Origin: Phoronis australis
Taxonomy: Eukaryota; Animalia; Phoronida
Assembly (NCBI GenBank): GCA_002633005.1
Contig: NMRA01000666.1
Location: 124,001 to 188,000 of the forward strand
Direction: 5' to 3'
Length of the DNA: 64,000 bases
Shown: positions 62,778 to 64,000 of the stretch, piece after piece
How the letters are laid out: each line of letters begins with the position of its first letter
Numbering within the stretch: the first letter of the stretch is position 1
Program-made: the position numbers and the translations under genes
The notes under the pieces: model-generated
Database searches by the model: none
What the model was told of the DNA's origin: nothing
The model's input: only the letters and a program-made list of their open reading frames with translations

Positions 62778-64000
62778 CGGCGAAGCCAATCAAGTGAAGC
62801 CACTGATTGTTATACAGTTTCGGTACGACGTCATTGTGAACATATTTATAAAACAGTGGCCAATTGCATGAAACAGTCCCAGTCGGGACTCAACTATAAC
62901 CCCTAAATTTTCAGCGGATTTGTAGACTTTGTTTATTCACTACCGTTATAGTTTTTATCGTAATCTATTTTGCCCGGGGTACTCAGTTATCTTTATTGTG
63001 ACCTTCTCTTTAACTTCTCACACTTTCTAATTATACAGCTGAAAAGCTGTCCTTTATTTTATGGAAAATAAATCAATACTAATTCCTTAAATTATGAAAC
63101 ACTTTTAATAAGAATTCAACATTTAGTTCCTTTTCGGTATTTATCAAAACTAAAGTTTAATGCAGCAACAAAAATAAAATAGTCGAAGATGAGGCTTTCA
63201 ATGTTTGCACTAAGTCTACATATGCTTTGAAAATTAAACGAACATAGACAAATCCTTAATGGGAGTGTTTCATACAACCGCCCTGTTTCAACAACATGTG
63301 GTAACTTTGCTACGTTTTTTTTCTACAGAGTTATAACGGAGATTTACACTAAAACTCACAACTGGTTTTTAGTCTTCCTTCAACTGGTTCGACTTAATCA
63401 CTCGACTGTACGTTCAAAAGTCTGTGCTCAAATGTATTGTCAGCTCCATGCTCCAGACAGCGCTGCGAAGCCTTGCCTGTGATGAACTTCCAGCGACTGT
63501 TACACTCTATAGCTGCCCCCCTATTGACTAATGCTGGGCCGCTGATACTCTTTATTGCAACTTTAAATGTAAAGTGACTTTCATCTCCAATTTAAACTAC
63601 GTCGCTAACCCGTGCCTAGGTATTTATAGCCTCCTGCAATGTTCTGGAACCTTTCCCAATCATTCTATGAACATATAATAGTCTCTAAAATGTCCCACAT
63701 TATATTAATCACCAACACACTACAATCTTATAGAATGTTCCTTACTATTCTATTGTTAACAAATTACATAGTCACTGGCCTGGCCTCAATGGTCATGTCA
63801 GTCAAGTGTTATCTGTTGGTAAACAAACAGAACAGTAAAATAAAATTATTATTATTAATAAACTGATACAAATGTCAGTCCACTTCTCACATACTTGTGT
63901 TTGCGTAGCTTAGTGTTGCGTGGGTGTGTGCGCGCGTCCACGCGCATGTGTGTGTTTGAATGTATATATTATTGTCCCACTTTTGGCCGTCTGTCTCACT

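Overview
AT-rich, intron-rich animal genomic DNA, probably a marine invertebrate (organism not determinable from sequence). The assembly has a gap at 55312-55915 and single Ns at 9079 and 24278. By hand-splicing GT-AG exons I find five genes: ARL8 (minus strand, first two coding exons only), cathepsin C/DPP-I (plus, complete), RBM17/SPF45 (minus, 10 coding exons, 400 aa), a class A GPCR (plus, 3 coding exons, 661 aa) and a B-box/coiled-coil/NHL TRIM-like gene (minus). The most notable observations are these. (1) Cathepsin C has two intact, diverged, same-phase copies of its terminal catalytic exon, which differ at S2-pocket positions. (2) The two lysosomal genes ARL8 and CTSC are head-to-head with 159 bp between ATGs, and that spacer holds two oppositely oriented M-box/CLEAR-type motifs around a CRE+ETS core. 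(3) A near-perfect 321-bp-arm hairpin starts 30 nt into CTSC intron 1. (4) The 3' splice site of an RBM17 exon is tandemly amplified about 10 times, in a gene whose product controls AG choice. (5) A Helentron/DINE-like element carries an array of CTCF-like motifs and is split by a 2.85-kb P-like element with an 8-bp TSD. All calls are by eye; no database searches were run.
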